The notes under the pieces are model-generated. The model made no database searches, was not told the origin of the DNA, and was given only the letters and a program-made list of their open reading frames with translations. From NCBI RefSeq assembly GCF_006345805.1, contig NC_043012.1:58838001-58902000 (forward strand): a stretch of DNA of 64,000 nucleotides. Direction: 5' to 3'. Both the position numbers and the translations under genes were made by a program. This document shows, piece after piece, positions 13,691 to 26,640 of this stretch (positions within the stretch are counted from its first letter, which is position 1; every line of letters starts with the position of its first letter). Origin of the DNA: Octopus sinensis. Taxonomy: Eukaryota.

Positions 13691-14799
13691 TACATTTCAA
13701 TGTGCTGTGTTATATGGAAAAATGGAATCGTATACCACTAATAAACATTTCGGGGAAATTATTCTAGCAAAAATAGCAGTTTTAGCACAAACTGAAGCAA
13801 TTAAAACCCCTAAAAGAAGCGAAGGCATGTGATTTCTTCAAACATTTGTATTGTAAACATTGTTTTGGTTTTCAGTCGTAATTAACCTTGGAGGTATTCA
13901 ATATCTGCTCTCCTGGTTGGATCATTACTTTGGTAGAATTACAAGAGGAATCCATCTAAACAGTGACTGTAAATCGACAGGGTAACCGTTTGGCGATTGG
14001 CACTAAGTTACAAGCGATATTTATGTATCATTAGATCGGGAGAAAGAGAAGTGAAAGAGAAGGAGGCTAAAATAAAAAAAAAGGCAAAAGGAGAGGGCAA
14101 CATACACAAACAGAAATATTGATAGACACGTATAAATTTGTAAAGCGTGAATTTTCTCTTTATTTATACACACACACACACACAGAGGCACATATACATA
14201 TATATGTGCATGCACACATACACATATATACATATACAGCAATTAAAACAGTACACACGCACATATGCACACGCTCGCTCACACATACACACACGCATAA
14301 ACACACGGAAAGTAGACGCACACAGTATCATCACAAACTCACAAACGTTGATGGGCAATATCCGTCTGAATGTCTGAAAGACTCGTATACACACACACAC
14401 ACACACACATTTACTGGAAGAATGAACACGCACGAATACATGTAAACACACTTATACACACACATGCACGTACACACATACATTCAAGCAGAGACACATT
14501 CGTCAAAGAGCCTACCAAACACATAACACATACCCATAATACACCACACACACACACATACACACACGCGCAGATACCCTTTCATACCTACACACGTCAC
14601 ACATTAGCGCCATAAACACACGCATGTTTGCACACAGATCTCCCAGCCCGCTATCGTACTTACATATACACGCACACGTTAGCCTTCATACACACACACG
14701 TGCTTGCTCACACATATATGTCGGGTCCCTGCTGTCTCCCTGGCCACTCACGCCTCAAGTCAACTCCTTCCTCTTTCGGTCATTGCAAATATCTCTGAC

Positions 14800-14950
14800 C
14801 GTTTAAGTCAGACACGATTCTGTTTTCTCTCTCCTCATCTGCCTTTTCTGTAGAACAGCGTAGGTTCGAAACGTTAAAGAATTCTTCCGTTTTTTTCTGG
14901 GCGTCACCCAAATAGTTATTGATATTTCTGTCATCTCGTCCTTATTTTTG
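14800..14950 (+). mobile_element. Penelope-like repeat end with degenerate hammerhead-like motif
   Basis: CTGTAGAACAGCGTAGGTTCGAAACGTTAAAGA is homologous to 43197-43234 and 49671-49708. The Penelope assignment is inferred from the minimal-hammerhead-like GAAACGT motif. Confidence 0.45.
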
Positions 14951-15020
14951 CACTATATACATACACACGCAAACACCACCCATAATTACCATATATGTGT
15001 GTGTGTGTTAATATATATAG

Positions 15021-15113
<93 letters not shown>

Positions 15114-15194
15114 CATATATACATATATCCATATATATATATATATACTATTATATATATATATATTATATATATACATATATAATATATACAT

Positions 15195-15236
<42 letters not shown>

Positions 15237-17599
15237 GCATATACATATATATGCAAGTAGAGAGACAAACTAATACATACAGAAATATTTAGAAAGGCAA
15301 TCAGATAGATAGATATATAGATAGATAGAGTTTAGAAGATGAAAGTCATGTGATGAAAGAAAAACTCCCTAATATAGATAGATAAAGAGAATGAAGGAAA
15401 GTTGAAAAGTGTCTAAAAAAATTACATAAAAAAGGAAGAAAATGGAGAGACGTAGATACCTACATAGATAAAAGGAATACACAGATAGGGAAACTGGAAG
15501 AGTGAAGGAATAGCTTGGAAATTCTGTAGAATACAGCAAAGAAGAGAACTAAAAGAAAAAAAATATTATCTAAGTGTTGAAAAACAATAAATGGTATTTT
15601 AAAAACGAAATCGCATTTCCTTTGTCATATGGGGCATCGAAGAAATAAAAAACTATATATATATATATATATAATATATATATATAGATATATATATATA
15701 TGGTTTCTTCTTGACTATCGTAAAAAAAATAGGGTAAACTATGTCACGGTATTGATACTGATATCTTATTGTGGTCGTATCAGCTTCTTGCTACTCGGAG
15801 TTTCACAAGTAGAGACGCATAATTTTTCTTTTTTTTTTTTTCTACTGAAGCTCCTATGTGCCGACATGTGAAACTCATAGAAGCAAGAGGATGACCCGAC
15901 TGAAAATACACACGCGCACACACACTTACACACACACATACACACACACAAACACACACACACACACACACATACACACACACACACACATAAATATATA
16001 TATATATATATATACCGCAATTTACATAGAGATAAAATATATGTATTTACTCATGTGAATATACATGCACGTGTATACAGATATCTATATGCAAGCATGT
16101 ATACATATAAATATGTGAGTGTTTGAGCATATATATATATACATACATACATACATACATACATACATACATACATACATACTGCATATATATATATATA
16201 ATATAAATATGCATATAATAATCAGCAACGCACACGATTGCACATAGACAGATACAAACATACACACACAAGAGCACATACACGCATTCACACACCTGTG
16301 CACCCACACACGCATTCATATATGTGTATGTGCGTGTGTGTGTTTGTCTTTATGAATGTGTGTATACAATTTGATAATATTTTGGTACAAAAAGTTACAA
16401 GCACTTAAATAAGATTTGCGATATGCTTATATAAACCGAAATACAATGTTTATTCGTGTAGAACGTAAAGGTATTACATAGCAGAATGTTGATTGGCGTT
16501 ATCGTAATTGGTCTGTTGGTTAGCGTTATTCACCAGCAAATTCTGATTATATTACTTGTAATTGCATAAATTGCTACTGCTCTGTTTTCAAATGATCATG
16601 ACATTGTGATGTCAGCAATGATTTATTTTATTTTCGCCACTTATTTTCAGAAATTGCCGAGAAAAAATTTTTCCCAAATGACGGCAGACTGAAATTATTG
16701 TTTTGCTTAGCATTGGGGTACAGTGGCGAATAATAAAACAGATTGAAGCATTTGCTTGGCTCTTCTTTAAATAAATCATATTTATCTAGGTTATAAGTCA
16801 CTCCGAATTGACACTCTGGCGTAGCTAACATGAAAAAGAATTCAAGAATTCACAGAAAAATCTGGGCTAGAAATGTTTGATGGTATAACCCAAGAAACAG
16901 CATTGATGACATATAATTTGTGTTGCAATGTATTTTATCTGACACTGATAGGGAAATATTATTTGAAGAGGTAAGTTTATTGGTTGTTCGATATCGAAAC
17001 GGTTGTAGGCGAGCGAAGCCTACAGGTAAATAATGTCATAATGCTAAGCGCCTTATTTCAAAATTAATACATATAAACGAAGGTGATATCACTTGCTTAT
17101 ATGCGTGTTTTAGTGTGTGTGGTTGTGTGCATGTGTGTGTGTGTGTACATATGTGTATGAATGTGTGTGTGTAAGTATGTTCGTGTGTATGGTTTCATAT
17201 GTCCATGCGATCATGCGCGCATGCGTGTGTGTGTGTGTGTGAGTGTGTGTGCTTGTGCATGAGAGTGTGTGCGTGTGAGTGTATGGATGTGTATGCTTGC
17301 ATGTATCTGTGCGCATGTGCGAGAGCGCGCGTGCGTGTGAGTGTGTGCGTGTGTGAGTATGTGCCTGTGCATATTTGTGGGTATGTGTGTTTGTGTAAGT
17401 GTATGTGTTTGTGCGTGTATGTCTGTGTATATGTGTGTGTGTGTGTGTGCCCTGCTTATGACATCGGGTGGCAAGGCTCCATTTCGGGAGTTCTGGCGTT
17501 GTGTTGAGCGTGAAGTCACCCCTCAATTACGAATATAACCCGGTCCGTTCTGGACCGGAAATGTAGTTTCTGTCTGAGTCCTCTCCATGTCTTGAATAG

Positions 17600-18165
17600 A
17601 TTTCCCAGCATTAGAGGAGAATCCCTTTATTTTTCACGCACTCATAGGAAGGCAGCCCTTTTAGGAGAAAAAATATTCTGACTAAACTTGGAATTAAAAG
17701 AGTCCAAATCATACTGCAATTCTCACATGACTTCCGGAGCATCACAGGAATCCATCGTGACTAGTCCTTCTCTTCCACAAATGGCCTGTCGGACCAGTTT
17801 TATCAGTGGATCTCTGTGCAGACTGATTCCCCGTCAGCTTTATTAAAATTCAAGTTAGAGATAGCTTGAGCTTTTCTTATAGGGTCGACGGGAGAAGTTC
17901 GACAGGGATCATACATTGTTAGCACTAAAGTGTTGTGGTCCTAGGAGATCATTGGGGTCACCTTTACGTTATACATAAGCTCCATATTATTCATGAAGCA
18001 GAGACCCAAATTTTTGTTTCACCTGGTTACTAGAGTATCACTTGAACAGCATATTTTTAAATTTCGGGTAATGATTCTGCATGACTTTGTTCATGCTGTG
18101 ACATCCAGAAATGTGGCTATACGGCCATTCATCATTTGTGGGGTTGAAATTACCCAGGAGGTGAA
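17600..18165 (-). mobile_element. decayed CR1/L2-type LINE ORF2 fragment (APE endonuclease and linker)
   Basis: Minus strand gives LLGNFN (GDFN motif), TR*NKNLGLCFMNNMELMYNVKVTPMIS*DHNTLVLTM (LDL...SDH motif) and LNFNKAD...NW. Several stops are present. Confidence 0.7.
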
Positions 18166-18262
18166 CGAAGCAGTGCTGAAAAAGGTCCTGGCTTGAAGAG
18201 TATCGCGAAAGGCCTGACTGGTGGCCCAAACTTCCACGTTCTTTTAGAGAGCTTAAAAAAAG
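18165..18262. mobile_element. fragment of the same mariner MITE family as 1007-1225
   Basis: GTGCTGAAAAAGGTCCTGGCTT...GCGAAAGGCCTGACTGG matches the reverse complement of about 1140-1220. Confidence 0.55.
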
Positions 18263-18427
18263 CAATGTATCGTTATATTGCTAGCGAGCTGGAGGTGATG
18301 TCTTCCTTGGGCTATAAACTACAGCAGCATCGCTCACATGGTTTTCCGCCAGATTTAAGTGGAAAATATACTTTACTTATATCTATATATATATTATATT
18401 ATAATATATATATATATATAATATATA

Positions 18428-18469
<42 letters not shown>

Positions 18470-18747
18470 GTAGGGATATGTGTGCGCGTATGTGTGTTTA
18501 TATGTAATTATGTGTTATACGCACCTACGGTTTGAGTACTAAAGAAGATCTTATAGTTGTAAATGCTCGTTTTGTATCTCTGGAAATCACTGAATCAAAT
18601 TCTGTTCTGTGTCTCGCCCGAAAATAATTGATATGCTTCACCACTTTCGGTGTTCTAATTTTATAACGAATCTATAAACAACTTGTAGACGTTTTGTTTG
18701 TATGACGAGAAAAGTAGACTTAAATCTGATGTGATGTTAGATTTCGA

Positions 18748-18792
<45 letters not shown>

Positions 18793-20717
18793 ATCATTTG
18801 TATATAGATATATATCTCTGCGTGTGTATGGATATTGGTGTTTACCCAGAGCGTTATTTACGAAGTTAATTACTCTTGCCATTTTTTCTTCGATTCGATT
18901 ATACATTCTATTCATATATTTATAGTCAAATAATCAATTCAGATAATTACAATTTTAATTTAGATTATAATGGTACGCCGTTTTATTTCCTTTGAAATTC
19001 AAATTAGTCTAACAAGAGGCACAATTTAGAAATTGCGTCAACTCCACTCATTTGAGCTACTAACACAAACTGGCTACATTAAATAAACTTATAATTTAAC
19101 TTCTCGTTCTTTTTTCGCTATCTCCTGGTGAAGTTTCAATATATATTTAGTCCTACATGCCTGATCACATGCAGAAGCAGATATTTGACAAGTGATGCGA
19201 ATATAGTTGTGTTTCCAAACTCTGTATAAGAATTGGGAATGCATTAAATGATTAGTGTTCTATTCTACGTATATAAACATGTATATATACGCTGCAGAAA
19301 TTTTAACACAGCTTTAGAATTTCTCTTTATTTCGAAGTTAAATTATGTTAATATATTTGTGTTATTTGTATAAGTGTGTGCATTTTGTATATTTTTCTGT
19401 GTTTGTGTTTGAGTCTGGATGTGTGTAGTGATTTTATACGTTAGGTGGAATGTTTGCATACAGCTGCAAGTTTTTTTTAAGTTACAGCTATACGACCACA
19501 AACGCTGATATATTACTTTCGAAAACTAGTTTTCTGATATGCACAATTTGATTTCAACTTTAATTTCAAGAGATCATCCATCTTAGACAATGATGTTGAA
19601 ACCAAACATAGAAGCCTTCCCCACTCACAGCAAAATTTAATTTAAATGAAGATTTGGTTAAACTTATGAAAACAAGCAAAAACACAATTACTTGTATTAG
19701 CATTCATATTGCTATGAAATATTTGTAACTATCAAATTTCCATCAAGAGCGAAAGGGGTGGATAAGCAAGGAAAGTATATCAGTGCAATCTTTGACTTCC
19801 ATTCGACGCCCATATCCAGTGTGGCCTATAGGGTTTCGCTTACGTACATACATATATACATATACATATATATATATATACATATATATATGGAGAGAGA
19901 GGGAGAGAGAGAGAAAGGGAGAGAGACATAGAAGTAAAGATATGTATGAATATATTAATCTACCTATATATATACATATATATATTTATATATAATGTAT
20001 AATATATACCGGTGCATATCCGGGCCCATACATGCACACACAAGCATACACAGACATGTGTATGTTTGTTTGTGTGTGTGTGTGTGTTTGTGTGTATGTG
20101 TGTGTGTGTGTGTGTGTGCAGGTGGAGTGTAGAAATAGAATGAACTCAGATTGGCTGTATGGGCGTATAAAAGAAAACACTGAATTGTAATGCCATATAT
20201 CTTATAGAGAAATCATATATCATAGAACACTATTTGTGTAATTATGTATGTATGTATGTATGCATGCATGTATGCATTTATATATGCATGTACATATGTA
20301 TGAATACATTCATATGTATGTATGTCGCTGTTTGGTGGTGATGCTTCAAACCATAAGGCATAATTGATAAATTATTACACAAAAAAATTAGTAACAGCGA
20401 AATGTAGAAGCTAAACTTTAGATCTATTCACAAGTTGTAAAGTAATGAATACCCTTTGAAATATAGAGGATCAGTTAATTGGTCGCACGGATTAACACCA
20501 ACACTTTTTCTTAGTATTTCTGTGACGTTGCAAGCAATAGGACTAGAGCTATCCGAGACATGAGACACTGTGTGCGTGTGTGTAAGTTTGTGAGTGTGAG
20601 TGTATGAATGTGTGTCCATGTTTGTGTGTATACGAGCGAGGGGACAAACGAAAGGCGCATTCTACACGTGTAGTATAATATATATCTACAATTCTTCTTC
20701 TTATTATTATTATTACT

Positions 20718-20923
20718 AAAGGCACAGGGCCTGCAATTTTGGAGTAGGGGATAAAGTCGATTACATCGACCTCAGTTACTCAACTGGTACTTATTTCATC
20801 GACTCCGAAATGATGAAAAGTAAAGTCGACCTCACCAGAATTTGAACTCAGAACGTGAAGATGAACGAAATACCGCTAAGTATTTGGCCCGGCGTGCTAA
20901 CGATTGTGCCAGCTCACCGCTTT
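20718..20923 (-). mobile_element. tRNA-derived SINE, family B
   Basis: Full head (GCGGTGAGCTGGCACAATCGTTAGCACGCCGGGC, GAGTTCAAATTC), body, and a (TAA)n tail to the left. Confidence 0.82.
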
Positions 20924-21037
20924 ATGACGATGATGATAATAATAATAATAATTATTATTATTATTATCATTATATTAAAGAGGAGAGATTACACAGACAC
21001 ACAGACACACATACATACATACTATATATATATATAT

Positions 21038-21112
<75 letters not shown>

Positions 21113-21114
21113 TA

Positions 21115-21508
21115 TACTCTTTTAATCTCTCTTTTTACTCTTTACTTGTTTCAGTCATTTGACTGCGGCCATGCTGGAGCACCTCCTTTAGTGGAGCAAA
21201 TCGACCCCGGGACTTATTCTTTGTAAGCCCAGTACTTATTCTATTGGTCTCTTTTGCCGAATCGCTAAGTGAAGGGGGCGTAAACACACCAGCATCGGTT
21301 GTCAAGCAATGCTAGGGGGACAAACACAGACACACAAACACACACATACATATATATACATATATACGACAGGCTTCTTTCAGTTTCCTTCTACCAAATC
21401 CACTCACAAGGCATTGGTTGGCCCTGGGCTATAGCAGAAAACACTTGCCCGAGATGCCACGCATGTGGTTGGTTAGCAAGCAACTTACCACACAGCCACT
21501 CCTGCGCC
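21115..21508 (-). mobile_element. tRNA-derived SINE, family A, B box deleted
   Basis: Homologous to other family A copies, but the GTGGGACTGAACCCGGAACC segment is missing near 21462. Confidence 0.87.
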
Positions 21509-21509
21509 G

Positions 21510-21550
<41 letters not shown>

Positions 21551-21658
21551 ATATATATATATATATATGTAATTTTTGACTATTTATTAAAATTTATGTA
21601 TTGATTAAGTCTTTCCTTGTTTGTTTTGCAAAATAGTGGTTTGTCTCGAATAATATTT

Positions 21659-21702
<44 letters not shown>

Positions 21703-22027
21703 ATTAAGGGTTTAGCAACGATTTGCCTCACCACAAACCGATTTAGAAATAGCAGTCAAACAGTTTTGGCTATTCTTCCTACTTAAAAGGGAGATCCCAG
21801 TAAAACCACAGCACTTAAAAGGCAAACAGCGCAGGCAAAAGAGAAAGAAATGACGACAATCATTCTATATTAAGTCACCTACGGAAATATGTTTCGGAAT
21901 TAAGTCATAGGAAAGCATAAAAATTAAATAATTATGTCTTACCCAATTATTTTCTTCTTCAGCGTAGGACTCTTCAATTATAAATAATTGCGTCTCAATT
22001 ATTAATAATTGTGTATGTATGTATAAG

Positions 22028-22425
22028 CTCAGGGGTGGCTGTGTGGTAAGTGGCTAGCTTACTATCAACATGCTTCCGGCTTCAGTCCCACTGCTCGGCA
22101 CATTTTGGCAATTGTTTTTAACTATAGCGTAGTGGATTTGGTACACGGAAACTGAAAGAAACCTTTCGTATATATGTATATATATGTATATGTGTGTATG
22201 TGTGTGTATATGTTTATGTCTGTGTTTGTGCCCCCAACATTGCTTGACATGAGATGCTGGTGTGTTTATGCTCTCGTCAATTAGCGGTTCGGCAAAAGAG
22301 ACCGGCAAAGAAGTACTAGGCTTACAAAGAATAAGTCCTGGGATCGATTTGCTCGACTAAAAGCGGTGCTCCAGCATGGCTGCACTCAAATGACTGAAAC
22401 AAGTAAATGAGTAAAAGGGTGAAAT
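22028..22425 (+). mobile_element. tRNA-derived SINE, family A, diverged
   Basis: GGGGTGGCTGTGTGGTAAG head, internal (TA)/(TG), and tail CTCAAATGACTGAAACAAGTAAA. Confidence 0.82.
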
Positions 22426-22426
22426 A

Positions 22427-22460
<34 letters not shown>

Positions 22461-22502
22461 TTCACGGAAATGCCTCGTGAAAATATCTGTTCCGACTTGG
22501 CT

Positions 22503-22609
22503 ATTTCTTACTGATGATTCTAAGGGCCTATGGAAGATTGGCTTGATTTAATTTAATCAGGTTAGTTTACCATAAAACAGTAGATGAAACGGTGCATCGT
22601 ATAAGAAAT
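22503..22609 (+). ncRNA. type I hammerhead ribozyme, copy 1
   Basis: Stem I AUUUCUUA (22503-10)/UAAGAAAU (22602-09), 8 perfect bp. Core CUGAUGA (22511-17). Stem II UCUA/UAGA plus a 20-bp extension. GAAA (22586-89). Stem III ACGG/UCGU with palindromic UGCA loop. GUA cleavage triplet ending at 22601. The 10.1-11.1 pair is U.U rather than the usual G-C. Confidence 0.8.
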
Positions 22610-22987
22610 TACAGGGTAAATGTTTTTTTAATTTTCTCCTGGTTTACGGAATTGATGTTATTTTGCGGTTGAAGCTTTGGCTGTTATTTCTAGTGGGTGA
22701 ATGGCCTATTATGGCCGTTCCTTGATTGTGATGTTGAACTTAAAAATGGTCTATGACTATTGAATTTTTCCCACTAGGCCGCTGGTGGCAAAAAAATTCT
22801 AAAAAATTTTTTGCCACCCTATATTGATTAATTATGAATTTTTGGTTAATTCCGTAATGGAATCGGCGGCTTATATTATTTGCTGCCGATAAATTTGGCG
22901 CGAGTGCGATGATTTGAAAATTTTAGGTCAGATATTGCCGAGGCAGGGACGGAAATGCCTCGTGAAAATATCACTTCCGACTTGGCT

Positions 22988-23094
22988 ATTTCTTACTGAT
23001 GATTCTAAGGGCCTATGGAAGATTGGCTTGATTTAATTTAATCAGGTTAGTTTACCATAAAACAGTAGATGAAACGGTGCATCGTATAAGAAAT
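22988..23094 (+). ncRNA. type I hammerhead ribozyme, copy 2
   Basis: Identical sequence and fold to copy 1: CUGAUGA at 22996-23002, GAAA at 23071-74, predicted cleavage after 23086. Confidence 0.8.
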
Positions 23095-23221
23095 TACAGG
23101 GCAATGTTTTTTTAATTTTCTCCTGGTTTACGGAATTGATGTTATTTTGCGGTTGAAGCTTTGGCTGTTATTTCTAGTGGGTGAATGGCCTATTTGCCGT
23201 TCCTTGATTGTGATGTATATC

Positions 23222-23286
<65 letters not shown>

Positions 23287-24103
23287 CATATATATATATT
23301 AGGAGATCGTGTATGATGTGTTCATACATTTTGGTTTTTACGTCTATGTGATTTCAGATTCTTTTTGACTATTTTGTTTTAGAATGTATTTGGCTTATAT
23401 TGATAAAATGTATAATAATATTCTATACTAATTACCTCTAAATGGACATAAGTCACGTCTGTGCTTTAAAAAATTCTGGTTCAGAATTATTCGATTCTAA
23501 TTTCGAATCACCGGGGCGACAACTTTTGGTAAATTTACCATGCTAAGCTTTATGTATGTATGTATGTACGTTACCATAAATGGATATCTATATATATATA
23601 TATATATTATAATATATATATATACACACAAACGCTCACCCAAACACATATATTCATATATACAGGCGTATTCTGAATTTTTAAGACATGTGAGATTTCT
23701 CTAACAAGAATGAGTATCTCATTAACTCCAATCTTGAACGGAGTGAAATCATATATAACCATTTGATAGGATTACAATATACAACTCAGCGTGTAAGTAA
23801 TTTAATGCCGTACTATTCAGCAAGATTTTTGCTAATTTATTAACTGTTGGTGCAATCACTGTAAAATTATCTGGCCATTTCGCCATCGTTAACAATATAA
23901 CGCGGACATAAGTACATGTAGCTTTTTTTTTTCTTCCCTTGTTTATTTCTCGTCTTCGTAACAATTAGTCTGAAGTGTTCTTTTTGTTTAGCTTGCCGTT
24001 TTTCCATCACTGAATTCGTCCACTTGAAAACTACACTCTTGGCGTAAATCGCAAATACCAAATTGGTAAGGTATGTGTATAGTACATACAAATATGTACA
24101 TAC

Positions 24104-24214
<111 letters not shown>

Positions 24215-24478
24215 ATAGCAATCGGAAATATGTGAAGATGTTTGTCGGTGAATGTGTTGTCAAATTTTAAAACAGCGATGTTAGCCAATAGAAAATATGT
24301 TTGCAAACAATAATACCTGCTGTTATGCATACACCAATACATACATACATAATTACCCCGCCACACACGCGTGCAAGCACATATATAAATTCATAGATAT
24401 ATGTATATATCTATATATATATAGAGAGAGACACACATATAAATATATATATATACATGTGTATACATATATGTATGG

Positions 24479-24537
<59 letters not shown>

Positions 24538-24802
24538 TGTTTATCTATACAGACATATGCAGATAGATACATATATATATACAACTTCATACACCACCCT
24601 AACCCCCATGTATATATGTATGTATGTATATATATATATATATTTATTTATGTGTATATATATGTGCGTGAATATATATATATATATAGATCTATACACA
24701 CAAATATATATGTATAAATGCATATATATTTATATATATGTATATATGTATATGTATGTATCTCACTGACTCTCTCTGTCTCTCTGTCTGTCTCTCTCTC
24801 TC

Positions 24803-24852
<50 letters not shown>

Positions 24853-25213
24853 CAGAGCTACATACATATACATATATATGCACGTATGATTAATATTTTC
24901 GTTATTTGCAGTTACATATCCTTATGTACATATACACGTATGCGCGTTTATATGTGTTCCTAATTATATTTTTCCAATTTCTTCCCAATGGAGTGTTTAT
25001 TTGTTTGCGCCACATGATTTGTGCCAATTTGTTCTCTAACGAAGCAGTAAATATTTTCTTGATTTTTACACAATAATTCACATTCCAACACTTCACTGCA
25101 TTTACAATTTTTCTCTCCATTTCATCGGCTGGAATCAGACTTTAGCTTAAATATCCAAGGATGCCTATATGTACATGTGTGTGTGTGTATGTGTGTGTGT
25201 TTGTGTGTGCAAA

Positions 25214-25304
25214 TAGATTGATAGATAGATAGATAGATAGATGGATAGATAGATAGATTGATAGATAGATAGATAGATAGATAGATAGACAGACAGATAG
25301 ATAG
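25214..25304. repeat. (GATA)n microsatellite
   Basis: Direct reading of the sequence. Confidence 0.95.
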
Positions 25305-25392
25305 ATGGGGAGAGAATCATAAATGCACTACGTCTGAATAAGGATAACTAAGTATATTTGTAAGTACATGTATATATATATATAGATATATG

Positions 25393-25433
<41 letters not shown>

Positions 25434-25454
25434 ATGTGTGTGTGTGTGTGTATA

Positions 25455-25498
<44 letters not shown>

Positions 25499-26244
25499 TG
25501 TGTGTGTGTGTGCGTGTGTGTGTGTGCATATCATTGCTCGTATTATGTATATGCGTGTGTATGTATAAGCATGCATTCATTTATATGTGTATGCAGAAAT
25601 TCTGACGCATATTTATTCATGAATCCCTGTACTGAATCTTACAAACTAGCCAATCGACAAAAGCACAGGCATATTTGTGTACGTGTATATATCTGTGGGC
25701 CTCCATAATTCTTTGTATGCATATATATGTATGGAAGCTTATGTGTTCACGTCTTCTTGTTTCATTTCTTGCTTAGGAGTCCATTTGTACTTATATGCAT
25801 AGATTTCTGCAGCAACGACAACCTTGTAAACTTAATAAGTCGGAGAACGAACACATACAATAACGGGGAATTTTCAGAAGTAGAAACTTCGATGGTCATT
25901 TTCGTGGACGATCTGTGAAATGACTCACATGTTTTCTTATAAACTCGTTTCGGTTTCGTTATAGTTCTTGTGTTTAGTCCAAAGAAGAAAAAAAAATGGA
26001 AAAAGGAAAGACGTTCTTTCTGACAACTACTTAAAAAGATGTTTGTTTAAGTTTCGTTCACACGACGAGACATCATGAAGTGGTCATTTTGTTCTCATGC
26101 AGCATCCGTTTGAACTCTTTTTCGTGAGTGTAATATTTTAGAGAAGCTGCGTGGTAGCTCCTCTTACATACACTCTTGAGTATACATTTGTGTGAGTGTG
26201 TCTGTGTGTGTGCTTCCGTGCGCTTGTATGTGTATGCATATATT

Positions 26245-26640
26245 TTTTCTTTTTTTTTTCCTTGTTTCAGTCATTTGACTGCGGCCAGGCTGGAGCACCG
26301 CCTTTAATCGAGCAAATCGACCCCGGGACTCATTCTTTTGTAAGCCCAGTACTTATTCTATCGGTCTGCTTCGCCGAACTGCTAGGTAACGGGGACATAA
26401 ACACACCAGCATCGGTTGTCAAGCAATACTAGGGGGACAAACACATACACACACACTCATATATATATATATACATATATACGACGGGCTTCTTTCAGTT
26501 TCCGTCGACCAAATCCACTCACAGGGCTTTGGTCGGCCCGAGGCTATAGTAGAAGACACTTGCCCAAGGTTCCACGAAGGGGGACTGAACCCGGAACCAT
26601 GTGGTTGGTATACAAGCTACGTACCACACAGCCACTCCTG
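26245..26640 (-). mobile_element. tRNA-derived SINE, family A
   Basis: Full-length copy with head, body, internal microsatellite and tail. Confidence 0.88.

Larger units (their letters stand above)
22464..23216 (+). mobile_element. candidate retrozyme: 1.55 tandem units of a 485-bp hammerhead-containing monomer in (TA)n
   Basis: Near-identical direct repeats 22464-22734 and 22949-23216 (offset 485), each with a type I hammerhead fold. No ORF, (TA)n arrays on both sides. Confidence 0.8.

Noticed and set aside
22939-22979. Pseudoknot between loop CGGAA (22950-54) and TTCCG (22975-79) in the retrozyme monomer
   Set aside because: The partner lies only 2 nt beyond the base of a ~13-bp stem, too short to reach the loop unless the lower helix melts. 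No ribozyme class recognised.
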